This document shows positions 16,661-24,958 of a stretch of 45,717 bases of DNA, piece after piece. Below the pieces are notes generated by a model, which was given only the letters and a program-made list of their open reading frames with translations, had not been told where the DNA came from and did not search any database. The first letter of the stretch is position 1. Each line of letters opens with the position of its first letter. The DNA comes from a virus: the IMG/VR virus record IMGVR_UViG_3300045988_052195. One strand, 5' to 3'. The translations under genes were made by a program, and so were the position numbers.

Positions 16661-17123
16661 CTGTCCTAACTCCCATCAACAGCGGTAAAGCTGTCTTAAG
16701 GAGTAAATCATTTGTTTTCTGTGTATCTCCAACAGCACTATATACCGCACTCCATTCCTTAGCACTCGCCCCAATCTGCTGAGGTGTCGCATAGGAAATG
16801 GATTCACTGCCAGATGATTTTGATATAATCACTCCCGCTTTGGTGCCGCCACCTGAGACATCAGAAGATGATGTTGCGCTGGCTGCTGCAATAGCGTTTT
16901 TCTCAGCAAGATCAATCTGATACATCTGATCAGCCAGCGTGCAAACAGCCTTTTTGATTCGCTTTTGCTGCCGCTCATCGGATGGTAATCCGTCTGCCAG
17001 CCGATCAAAGGTTAAGTGGTCAATAAAGTCGCTGGCTCTTTCAGAAAACCGCATAAAATCAGATTCCGGCACGACATTGCCGAAAAATGATGTTGTGTAA
17101 AACTCATAATCTGCGTATGCCAT
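16626..17123 (-). CDS. Head-tail connector (gp6-like) protein
   Basis: 165 aa with AAGGAGG RBS, directly after the major capsid gene. The N-terminus YADYEFYTTSFFG...F.RFS.RASDFID is typical of gp6-like connectors. Confidence 0.65.
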   Translation of the reverse strand: MAYADYEFYTTSFFGNVVPESDFMRFSERASDFIDHLTFDRLADGLPSDERQQKRIKKAVCTLADQMYQIDLAEKNAIAAASATSSSDVSGGGTKAGVIISKSSGSESISYATPQQIGASAKEWSAVYSAVGDTQKTNDLLLKTALPLLMGVRTDDGIPVLYAGF

Positions 17124-17136
17124 GCCGGAATCCTCC

Positions 17137-18171
17137 TTAGCCGTTGGACTTGATCATACCCATACGGATATTCTTGTGGTTGTAAACGAGAGACCAGTTT
17201 GCTTTCGCTCCAAGCTCTGCGTTGGTCGGAGACTCTTTTGTGATCTTGCTTGTGTCAATGCTGAATCCGTTCGGGTGGAGCACATAACCCTGCTTTGTAT
17301 AAAGCTTGCGGATACCTGCCTTAGTCTCCGGATCGTAGTCCGCATAGTACGGATCCTCATAGTTTGTCTTGTCGCAGGTTAAAATGGATCCTGCGCCGAT
17401 CATGTAAGTCTTATACACCGGGATATCGCCAGAAGTATCTACCGTATACCTATCAGATACAACCGGGATAAATCCGCCGATGGACGGGAGATTTACGTCA
17501 CCAGCGAGCGCATTGGTCACGGTGTACTTGTTGTAATCTACCAGCCCAAGAGCCTTATACTTTGCAAAAATGTAGCTGTTAAGGAACAGCAATCCCATCT
17601 TCTCAGACGAATCGCCAAGTGCTTTCTGCTGTGCAAAGATTAATGTGGTTGCATCAATCTTATTCGCATCTGTTGCAGTCGCAGATCCACCGCCAGACGG
17701 CTTCGCTGCCGAAATATCTGTGATATGCGAAGACATTCCTGTCAAAGACAGTACTGCATCAACGATGGCCATAAGATCACGCACACGGGTCTGCTTGTAG
17801 AATCCTGCAACAGAGTTTGCAACGTGAGTCATCGGCTCAGCACCGGTCAACTCCTTTGTGAAGTCCTGTGCTTTCCAAGCCTTCATTCTCTGGATAAGCA
17901 TTGCTGTCTGCTTCTTTCCGGTGATTTCAACCGGCGTGTTATCTGTCTCACCATCGTTGTTAAGTGCCTGAGAATCGGCCTCATCGATCGGCACGTAGAA
18001 AGGAAGTGTTGCCACGTTACCCTTTGTTCCGATCAGATCCATGATTGTGGAATCCTGCACGAGAATGCCAGAATTGATAATTGCATCATTCCATGTTGGC
18101 TGTTCTGCCATATACCCAGAAAACACTTCCGGGTCAAAGCTAAAACCGCCAAATGTTCCAGTTCTTGCCAT
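17137..18171 (-). CDS. Major capsid protein
   Basis: 344 aa, follows the scaffold gene, and has an MARTGTFGGFSFDPEVF N-terminus. It is preceded by the conserved element and a hairpin. Confidence 0.85.
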   Translation of the reverse strand: MARTGTFGGFSFDPEVFSGYMAEQPTWNDAIINSGILVQDSTIMDLIGTKGNVATLPFYVPIDEADSQALNNDGETDNTPVEITGKKQTAMLIQRMKAWKAQDFTKELTGAEPMTHVANSVAGFYKQTRVRDLMAIVDAVLSLTGMSSHITDISAAKPSGGGSATATDANKIDATTLIFAQQKALGDSSEKMGLLFLNSYIFAKYKALGLVDYNKYTVTNALAGDVNLPSIGGFIPVVSDRYTVDTSGDIPVYKTYMIGAGSILTCDKTNYEDPYYADYDPETKAGIRKLYTKQGYVLHPNGFSIDTSKITKESPTNAELGAKANWSLVYNHKNIRMGMIKSNG

Positions 18172-18226
18172 AGATGTAGTCCTTTCCGTAGATGGACTAT
18201 TTTAGAATTGAACGTAAAAAATCCCA

Positions 18227-18263
18227 TCTACCTATAATTCTTAAGGGTGTTTAGGTTAGCGGC
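18227..18263 (-). promoter_or_regulatory. Conserved 37-nt element upstream of the major capsid gene (copy B)
   Basis: Minus strand reads GCCGCTAACCTAAACACCCTTAAGAATTATAGGTAGA. See copy A at 11856-11892. An 8-bp stem hairpin (18189-18231) follows, before the RBS. Confidence 0.55.
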
Positions 18264-18292
18264 TATGCTCGATCACATAGTCGGTCTGTCGG

Positions 18293-18961
18293 CTACTCGC
18301 TAAGTGCCGTGTAAAGCTCTGGATCAGACTGCTTTAATTTCAGCCTTTCATCCAGATTCATTTTGCGGAAATCTTCCTTTGTTAATCCCGTTCCGCCTCG
18401 GCTTCCATTCTTTGCCGGGGCTGTAAAGCGTGCCGCGTTATGCTGTGCTGCAGCCTGCTGCTTATCAACGAAGATTCCCTCTTTCTGGTTTCCGTCCTTA
18501 TCGGTGATCATCCCGTTAAAGATATCACTGATGGACTTACCTTTTGCAGAATCCTTGTCCAGTTCTTCCATGAGAGCCTTTTTATAGTACTCCTCAGTAA
18601 TGCCGTTCATGAACTCATACTGTTTTGCACCTTTTTCGTCTGTGGTTGCCAAAAACTCGTTCACCTGTTTTTCTACTTCGATTTTTCTTGCATCGGCAGC
18701 GCGCCCAGCCTTTTCGTCAGCAAGCTGCTGATTTAATGTCTGGATCTGCCCTTTGAGGTCATCAACGTCAACGTCCTTAAAACCCGCAAGCTGTTCCTGC
18801 ACGGAGTCGAGTGATTTCTTGTAATCGTCGGCTTTTGACACCTGTTTGTTGTAGTCAGCTACTGTGCGGTAGTTTTCCAACATTTTCTTTTTCAGATCGT
18901 CTTTCTTGCTCTCTGGAACCTCGATTTCAAGCTCCTGTAAAATCTGTTCAATGTTCTGCAT
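18293..18961 (-). CDS. Capsid scaffolding protein
   Basis: 222 aa, highly charged and helical (KKDDLKKKMLENYRTVADYNKQ...), immediately upstream of the capsid gene. AGGAGG RBS. Confidence 0.8.
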   Translation of the reverse strand: MQNIEQILQELEIEVPESKKDDLKKKMLENYRTVADYNKQVSKADDYKKSLDSVQEQLAGFKDVDVDDLKGQIQTLNQQLADEKAGRAADARKIEVEKQVNEFLATTDEKGAKQYEFMNGITEEYYKKALMEELDKDSAKGKSISDIFNGMITDKDGNQKEGIFVDKQQAAAQHNAARFTAPAKNGSRGGTGLTKEDFRKMNLDERLKLKQSDPELYTALSE

Positions 18962-19035
18962 ATATCCTCCTAAACGTGTATTATAACCGCTCGTCAGCGG
19001 TGTGGATTGAGCCGAATAAACCTTCGGCGTGGTAG

Positions 19036-19109
19036 TGGACCATCGGAGATTCGAACTCCGGACCGACCGGTTATGAGCCGGTTGCTCTGACCGACTGAGC
19101 TATTGGTCC
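19036..19109 (-). tRNA. tRNA-Met: tRNA-Met (anticodon CAT; could be Ile2 if lysidine-modified)
   Basis: Hand-folded cloverleaf: D-stem GCTC/GAGC, anticodon stem ACCGG/CCGGT with loop CTCATAA, and T-arm CGGAG-TTCGAAT-CTCCG. One A-A mismatch at 7:66. Confidence 0.8.
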
Positions 19110-19203
19110 ATGTGCGCCTCCCGCACAATTTCTCGTGCGGGCATTGTCAATCTCTCTGAGGCATTGCGCTACTCTCAGTTCATCCGGGAGCGACCCGGGC
19201 ACA

Positions 19204-19275
19204 TTGGAATGGTGGGGTTTGAACCCACGTTATCACGATTAAAAGTCGTGTGCTTTTCCACTAAGCTACATTCCA
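19204..19275 (-). tRNA. tRNA-Lys: tRNA-Lys (anticodon TTT)
   Basis: Hand-folded: acceptor TGGAATG/CATTCCA, D-stem GCTT/AAGC, anticodon stem CACGA/TCGTG with loop CTTTTAA, and T-arm GTGGG-TTCAAAC-CCCAC. Confidence 0.85.
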
Positions 19276-19357
19276 GTAACACCCCGGATCTGTTCGGGGT
19301 GTCCCATATGAGAAAGGTGTACCATGAAATACGGCTCCGCCCCAGCCAAAGGCGGAA

Positions 19358-19441
19358 TGAGGAGAACTGGGCTTGAACCAGCAAGGTCTAAAGACAACGG
19401 ATTTACAGTCCGCCACGCTACCAATTACGATCTATCTCCCC
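19358..19441 (-). tRNA. tRNA-Tyr: tRNA-Tyr (anticodon GTA), class II with long variable arm
   Basis: Acceptor GGGGAGA/TCTCCTC (one G-U pair), anticodon loop CTGTAAA, variable arm GTCT-TT-AGAC, and T-loop TTCAAGC. The D-stem is weak in my fold. Confidence 0.7.
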
Positions 19442-19749
19442 ACAACCGGCAAATGCCGGTTAGCAACTTGTTTTTTCGTGCTATGCTTCGCACTATACTC
19501 CTCTGGAGTAACGCTTGTTTCATGCTCCCCTGGAGCAATGCACACGCCGGAAATTGCATCCGCTTTTCAACCTCTCCAGTGTCCGGCTGGATTTCTCTTA
19601 AGGACGTGTGCTGATAAGGAGGCAATAGAAATATGACACCAATATATGTATAGAGCTGGCATTTGAATGGAGAAAAATGTCAACTCACCATGTCAACCTT
19701 ACACTATATATTCTATCATTTTTTTATTCTCCATGTATCACCACATTTT

Positions 19750-20172
19750 TCAGTTTCCGAGCTTGCGGATATACTTCTGGATCTCCTGCCTCTCATCGGC
19801 AAAGTCGCTATCCATCACCATAGTGGACAGCATGTCATACACTTCTACCATTAACCGGCCGACTGTTTCCATAAGCTTGTCCCGATGCCCTTGATCACCA
19901 TTAACCTTATATGCCTGTTTTGCCGCAATATAAGCATCGTACAGTGCGTCAATATTGTGGTCGTATCGCCCGTTGGAATACTTTTTAATGATATTCTCAG
20001 CGGCTTCTGCGATCGGGGCTTCTTCCCACTCTTTCTTCTCCATTTTTTCCAGATAAGAGATCGACACAACAAGCTTATAGATCACGTCCAGCCGGTTGGC
20101 GGTCAACGAGTTTACAGCTTCTTTCGCTTCGATACTCAGCTGCTCTTTGAGTTTCTTAATCAGTGCTTCCAT
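19750..20172 (-). CDS. Hypothetical helical protein
   Basis: 140 aa from ATG 20172, 8 nt after GGGGAGG. The longer track ORF lacks an RBS. Confidence 0.6.
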   Translation of the reverse strand: MEALIKKLKEQLSIEAKEAVNSLTANRLDVIYKLVVSISYLEKMEKKEWEEAPIAEAAENIIKKYSNGRYDHNIDALYDAYIAAKQAYKVNGDQGHRDKLMETVGRLMVEVYDMLSTMVMDSDFADERQEIQKYIRKLGN

Positions 20173-20761
20173 GCTTGACACCTCCCCGCATTTTCTTTTT
20201 ATACTTATCATGTAGTTCTTTTTGACTCTCCAAAATGTATACCGGATCATATCCAGACGTTATGAGATCAGTGATGATGCGTTCCAAGCGCTCAAGCTCA
20301 TTATCAACATCTTCCACAAGCCTATCCACAAAGATTGCATCCGCAACATACCCCTGTTCGCGCAGAGCCGTTGCATACTTCTGGTATACGTCTTTTGTAG
20401 CCTGTTCCCATCCAAGATACACGGAGAATCCGTCCTCTACTGCTTTCTGCTTCGTAGATTTCCCTACGCTCATCCGATTTGCAGACCGCCACGACTCCGG
20501 GATCATCTGCACGTTCCCCTCGAAACGGTCCGGTATCAGCTTACCGTGGTGGTTGATGTAGTAATGTGCCACGTCCCGGCGTTCTTTGCTCTCTGCGAAA
20601 TACTGGTACAGGTGTAATCGCTTGTATCCGCTCAGTCCAAGGAAATCAAAGTAGTCCGCCATCTGATCGTGCATCATAAGCGCTGCGATCTGCCGGGCAT
20701 TGATCTCTGCAAATACATCATCAACGCTCTTAACGTCCATTCTGCTTCTAAAAGCGATCAT
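20156..20761 (-). CDS. Hypothetical protein, possibly a degenerate ferritin-like four-helix bundle
   Basis: 201 aa with AGGAGGTG RBS. The segment MADYFDFLGLSGYKRLHLYQYFAESKERRDVAHYYINHHG resembles ferritin helices A-B, but the metal ligands are not all conserved. Confidence 0.4.
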   Translation of the reverse strand: MIAFRSRMDVKSVDDVFAEINARQIAALMMHDQMADYFDFLGLSGYKRLHLYQYFAESKERRDVAHYYINHHGKLIPDRFEGNVQMIPESWRSANRMSVGKSTKQKAVEDGFSVYLGWEQATKDVYQKYATALREQGYVADAIFVDRLVEDVDNELERLERIITDLITSGYDPVYILESQKELHDKYKKKMRGGVKHGSTD

Positions 20762-20774
20762 AGCCGATCACCTC

Positions 20775-21203
20775 CTACGAAAGCTTTTTAATGATGAGGT
20801 TTGCGTCCTTGACAAGGACTGCTCCGGCGGAAATATTACCCACAGATACGGTAAGAGATGTTCCGGCCGGTACCGGGATCAACGTGTCTGCACTTACATT
20901 CTGATATACATCTGCTGTAACAACCGTATAATCCATCTCGGTTCCACCGATGTTCTCGCCGTTCAGCTTAAGCACCAGTGCTGTTGCGCCAGCCGCGGAA
21001 GCCGTCACATTTGCATTAAACTGGAGTTCTACCGCCATCGGCTGATTGCTCCTGTTTGTGATTGTAAACAGCCCACTTCCCTCGATGTGATTGAGCCATC
21101 CACTCTGGCATCCGCATCTGCGAGACTTTACGCGAGTGCTACCAAAAGGAACATTCTGATTGGCTGCCACCGTCTGAGCAGCTACATTAACAACATTAAG
21201 CAT
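20775..21203 (-). CDS. BclA-C-terminal / C1q-TNF-like jelly-roll protein (putative)
   Basis: 142 aa from ATG 21203 (AAAGGAGA RBS). The pattern NVPFGST...GLFTITN...LNGENIGGTE...IPVPAGTSLTVSVGN is the layout I associate with exosporium BclA C-terminal domains. Confidence 0.4.
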   Translation of the reverse strand: MLNVVNVAAQTVAANQNVPFGSTRVKSRRCGCQSGWLNHIEGSGLFTITNRSNQPMAVELQFNANVTASAAGATALVLKLNGENIGGTEMDYTVVTADVYQNVSADTLIPVPAGTSLTVSVGNISAGAVLVKDANLIIKKLS

Positions 21204-21264
21204 AATACTTCTCCTTTCACGAAAATAGGGGCAAGCTCCACGCCTACCCCTATGATTTGCAAGA

Positions 21265-21477
21265 CTACTTCGTAGCAATGGATTCTTCCAACATGCTGAT
21301 TATTCGGTTTTGATTCTCGATGATCCTATCCAGGTACTTCCTGTCCTGCTCCTGTAGATGCTTCGCGATGTCGGCGTTGCTTGCCTGCGACAAATCGTTT
21401 TCATAATTCATCACCTGCAAGAATACGCCGAACAAATTTAGCATGTCCAACGCGGACAGCTCATCGTATTTTCTCAC
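21265..21477 (-). CDS. Small hypothetical protein
   Basis: About 70 aa. The start is uncertain: GTG 21477 (GTGA overlap with the upstream stop, GGTGGA RBS) or ATG 21504. Confidence 0.4.
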   Translation of the reverse strand: MRKYDELSALDMLNLFGVFLQVMNYENDLSQASNADIAKHLQEQDRKYLDRIIENQNRIISMLEESIATK

Positions 21478-22160
21478 AGTACGTTTCCACCATTGCCGCA
21501 GCATCCGCCAAATCCAGCCATATTATACGCGAAGTACGGGGAGCATGTAATATAAGCCGGTGTCGGTGTCGGTCTTACCGCATCAACGATGTTCTTGGTC
21601 TGGTTGACCTGGGAGATCTGCCAATACGCTGTCTGGAGGTCTCTGTCACGGTCCGCAATCTTGTCGCGAAGTCCCTGAATGGTGTTCTCCTGCATGAGCT
21701 GGCGTGTTGCCTGTCCGTCTGCAAGGACAGTTTCCTTGATGTCACAGCAACACTGCGCAAGCTGTGCCTGCATGTTCTGCGCCATCAGTGCCGCATCATA
21801 CCGGTTCTGTAAGATCTCTTTCTGTGTTTCGCAGCAACACTGCTGAGACTGAGCACCTAACTGCTGCATCCCGAGCTGCGTTGTATATCTGCTCTCAAGT
21901 ACATCTCTCTGGGTCTGACATGCTGTGTTGGATACGTTCTGATTTGTGTTGAAGATGTCGCGCTTCACAAACTCATCCGAAATGAAATTGTCCTGCACGC
22001 CGTTTTCAACACCGCCGCGGTTCCATCCGCCCATCATCGGGAAGAGGAACGCAATCAGAATGATCCAGATCCACCAGCCGCCACCGCCCCACATATCGTT
22101 GCATGTGTCGTTTCTGGTTACTGCCGCCACATCCGCAGCGGATAACATTCCCTCATTCAT
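21474..22160 (-). CDS. Membrane-anchored Cys-triplet repeat protein
   Basis: 228 aa from ATG 22160 (AAGGAGA RBS). TM segment WWIWIILIAFLFPMMGGW, then Gln-rich repeats punctuated by CCC (QQCCCETQKEIL, AQCCCDIKETVL), and a C-terminal GGCCGNGGN. Confidence 0.65.
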   Translation of the reverse strand: MNEGMLSAADVAAVTRNDTCNDMWGGGGWWIWIILIAFLFPMMGGWNRGGVENGVQDNFISDEFVKRDIFNTNQNVSNTACQTQRDVLESRYTTQLGMQQLGAQSQQCCCETQKEILQNRYDAALMAQNMQAQLAQCCCDIKETVLADGQATRQLMQENTIQGLRDKIADRDRDLQTAYWQISQVNQTKNIVDAVRPTPTPAYITCSPYFAYNMAGFGGCCGNGGNVL

Positions 22161-22250
22161 GTGGTTTTCTCCTTGCTTAAGATTTATCATGAGCCGTTGC
22201 GCACCCGGCTGTGATAGCGAATTATCGTTTTGTTGAGGTCAACAAAACCA

Positions 22251-22505
22251 TCATTTCATCATCCCGGCAAATTGTCCGGGATCCATGCCGTTCTGCTGGC
22301 ACATCTGCTTGAATACCTGTTCCGGGTTCTTCCCTTTGCACATATCCATCGCTTTCTTGATGTTCGGATTCTGCTGCGCCATTGCATTGATCGCCGCCTG
22401 TGGGTTTCCTGTCTGCCGGATCTGATTCACAACACTCATGGCTTGCATCATCGCCGCCATCGGATTGTTTCCGGATCCGCCCATCATGCTTAATAATGGA
22501 TTCAT
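22251..22505 (-). CDS. Small Met/Gln/Asn-rich protein
   Basis: 84 aa with AAGGAGGGG RBS. The composition is unusual (MMGGSGNNPMAAMMQAM...). Confidence 0.6.
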   Translation of the reverse strand: MNPLLSMMGGSGNNPMAAMMQAMSVVNQIRQTGNPQAAINAMAQQNPNIKKAMDMCKGKNPEQVFKQMCQQNGMDPGQFAGMMK

Positions 22506-22936
22506 TCAGTCCCCTCCTTCTTCTCTTCCTGCCTCTCCCCAAGTTTTACGAGCAAAGCATTGAATTCCTCACGTGTTACATAGTCCCCATTTGGAGCCGC
22601 AGGAGCCATTTGCGGGGCTGCTAAGGATGAGACGGGGATTTCCTTGAACGTGAATGCTTTGAGCGTTGCGCTCCCCATTCCGTCCACGGACTTGACGTAG
22701 AACATGGGGCTGTTGTTGTCCATCATCCACGCTGTCTGTCCCGGCTGTACAATCTGGTTCCGTGCCCCTTCAAGCCCTGCGACTTGGATCCAGTTCACGT
22801 TCTGCACCAGTGCCGTCTGGCGCTGTGGCATTCCTTGCTGTAACCCTTGTTCCATCTGCTGGATGCGCTGCTGTAACGCCGCCTGATCCGCCATGTATCC
22901 GCCCATTCCCATACTGTACGGAGTATATCCATTCAT
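22502..22936 (-). CDS. Hypothetical protein with Met/Gln-rich N-terminus
   Basis: 144 aa from ATG 22936 (GAAAGGGGA RBS). It is the first gene after a terminator. Confidence 0.6.
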   Translation of the reverse strand: MNGYTPYSMGMGGYMADQAALQQRIQQMEQGLQQGMPQRQTALVQNVNWIQVAGLEGARNQIVQPGQTAWMMDNNSPMFYVKSVDGMGSATLKAFTFKEIPVSSLAAPQMAPAAPNGDYVTREEFNALLVKLGERQEEKKEGTE

Positions 22937-23040
22937 AGGCACTTCCCCTTTCTATCGTTATCCTATACTCACATTATGGCACACGGAAGAGAGAGGCAAC
23001 AGGTCAGGAAAGTATCGAAAAAGTATCTTCAGTTCGTTGC

Positions 23041-23100
23041 AAAAAAGGAGAAAAAGGGAAGTAGACGTGCAAGTCCGGATACTTCCCTTTTTCTTCTTTT
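23041..23100. terminator. Bidirectional rho-independent terminator
   Basis: Stem GGGAAGTA/TACTTCCC (23056-23087), flanked by an A-run on the left and TTTTTCTTCTTTT on the right. It gives a U-tract on either strand. Confidence 0.7.
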
Positions 23101-23146
23101 GTTCGCTTTCCGCGATTACATCGCGTCCATTGCGTATCTGCATCTA

Positions 23147-23362
23147 TTATATCACATTATACGGGCATAAACGAATGATTTTTGCATTTACCCGGCGGCT
23201 GAGTCGCTTCGCCGTCGATGTGCTGATATTCATTCGCTCCGCGCACACTTCCAAGGGGACTCCTTTACTGCGATACTCAAAGAGTTCCCTTTCGTCTGTC
23301 GTGAAATTTGCCATCTGCCGGAACCGCTCAAGCTCTGGCACCGTAAATTGATATATCTTCAA
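23147..23362 (-). CDS. Sigma-70 region-4-like HTH regulator (small phage transcription factor)
   Basis: 71 aa. TDERELFEYRSKGVPLEVCAERMNISTSTAKRLSRRV matches the region-4/LuxR-type HTH layout. TTG start 6 nt after AAGGGGA. Confidence 0.55.
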   Translation of the reverse strand: MKIYQFTVPELERFRQMANFTTDERELFEYRSKGVPLEVCAERMNISTSTAKRLSRRVNAKIIRLCPYNVI

Positions 23363-23373
23363 GGCGATTCCCC

Positions 23374-23706
23374 TTATTTTTCTGTCAATGCTTGGATAAG
23401 TTCGTCCCTCGTTTTTTTTAAACCCTCAATGTTATTCCCTGTGATTTTGTTCTCGATCAGGTTAAACATACTCCTCATAAGGAGCTGTGTATCTTCCCGG
23501 TTCTGGTTGATGGAGTCATAGTCGTTATTGAGCTTGTTTTTTATGTCCTTGATGTCTGTCTCGATTGCGCCTACACGCTCCTCGATGTCCTTCTGTGGCT
23601 GCTTTGCCTGCTTATACGCTTTGTATATAACACTACATGCAGCTCCGATCACCGTGATCCCACTGCATATTGAGAGTAGCTCCCTAATAAATTCCAGTAC
23701 GCTCAA
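23374..23706 (-). CDS. Membrane-anchored coiled-coil protein
   Basis: 110 aa. N-terminal TM segment (LLSICSGITVIGAACSVIY), then a charged helical region. TTG start. Confidence 0.5.
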   Translation of the reverse strand: MSVLEFIRELLSICSGITVIGAACSVIYKAYKQAKQPQKDIEERVGAIETDIKDIKNKLNNDYDSINQNREDTQLLMRSMFNLIENKITGNNIEGLKKTRDELIQALTEK

Positions 23707-23710
23707 TGTT

Positions 23711-24946
23711 TTAATTCCCTTTCGCGTTTTGATATCGTCTTGCCGCTCCTCGCGCCTTTGCCGCCTGTTCTCTGCCCCATCGTGCGATACTCAGCCGATC
23801 TGCCAGAGGTCTCAGCTCATTCTCTTTGCAAAAGTCGTTGTATGCCTTGTTCTGGCGCTGGAGGAGGAACGATTTCTTGTCCAGCTGCATCTGCAATTCG
23901 GCTTTTGCCTGTGGGTCTTGGCACGCCTCCACCGCTGTCTGCATCCCGGCAACGATGCGCTTTGTCTTGCGGATCCTGCGCTCCAATGCCCTCTGGCGCT
24001 GTTCCAACTTCTCAATTTTCTCGTTATCGGCTGTCTGGATATCCTTGTATGGATTACTCTCACCGTCACCAGACCCGAAGCTGTGGCGGCAGTTCCAACC
24101 ACACAAGCCCTCGCCAGTGCCGTATCCGGTTGATGCATAGAACGGGGGAAATCGCTTGTCCTGCCCGGTCCGGGAATAGAATTGTCCTTGCCACCAGAGA
24201 TGATTTCCGGGATTCTGTCCACCGTCTCCAGTTCGTGCACCGAGATGGGCAGAGACAAGGATCGTGTCCCACCCCATCTCTTCCATGCGCTTTAAAACGA
24301 TATCTCCCGTGGCCTGTCCAATACCGGTCCGCACTGCCCTCGCCGTGGCTGTCTCGATGGTATCCTTGTGGACTCTCCCGGTCTCCTCATCGGTGTAATT
24401 TACATACACACCGCCAGACACCACCTCATCAACCGCCTCTCTGACCGCCTGTGTGTACGATACAGCGCCACTTGTGACTTTGTGGTAAGCGGTATCGCAC
24501 GAGTTGATAAAAAGCCGCTGTGCCGCGTCTGCGGTCGTGCGTGTGTAATTATCCCACTCGCCCAAGGTTGCGTCATAGTTGCGCTGCATGAGCCGGATCA
24601 GCTGCGGTGACTCCAGAAGCGGCACCGGTGAGAGACCGGCGGCTTCGTAGATTTTATCATCCTGCTCCACAGCCTTTATCCCGGCTTCTTCCATCGCCGC
24701 CTTGATTTCCTTCTGCTCTCGCTTGGTGTACTTGGCGATCTCCGGGATGATATCCTCCAGTAATGCGCCGGAGTCCTGCATGATCTCTATCTGCCATCGG
24801 TCCGCAGAGGTAAAGAGGTATTCTTCCCCTCGCCCGATGCGGATCATCATGCGGTCTACGATGCGGCGGATGATATAGCTATGGAGTTCTGAGGAGATTT
24901 CTTCCGCCCCCTCTGCGATGTGCTGTAAGTATCGCGGATCAAGCAT
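23711..24946 (-). CDS. Minor capsid protein (SPP1 gp7 / minor-capsid-2 family)
   Basis: 411 aa, directly downstream of the portal. Motifs GWDTILVSAHLGARTG...HLWWQGQ and CGWNCRH are typical of this family. Confidence 0.8.
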   Translation of the reverse strand: MLDPRYLQHIAEGAEEISSELHSYIIRRIVDRMMIRIGRGEEYLFTSADRWQIEIMQDSGALLEDIIPEIAKYTKREQKEIKAAMEEAGIKAVEQDDKIYEAAGLSPVPLLESPQLIRLMQRNYDATLGEWDNYTRTTADAAQRLFINSCDTAYHKVTSGAVSYTQAVREAVDEVVSGGVYVNYTDEETGRVHKDTIETATARAVRTGIGQATGDIVLKRMEEMGWDTILVSAHLGARTGDGGQNPGNHLWWQGQFYSRTGQDKRFPPFYASTGYGTGEGLCGWNCRHSFGSGDGESNPYKDIQTADNEKIEKLEQRQRALERRIRKTKRIVAGMQTAVEACQDPQAKAELQMQLDKKSFLLQRQNKAYNDFCKENELRPLADRLSIARWGREQAAKARGAARRYQNAKGN

Positions 24947-24958
24947 CTCATCACCTCA

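Noticed and set aside
23740-24444. 234-aa plus-strand ORF, and 148-aa and 68-aa minus-strand ORFs, inside the minor capsid gene
   Set aside because: These are alternative or antisense frames of a GC-richer gene with clear family motifs. They are Pro/Arg/Ser-rich nonsense translations.
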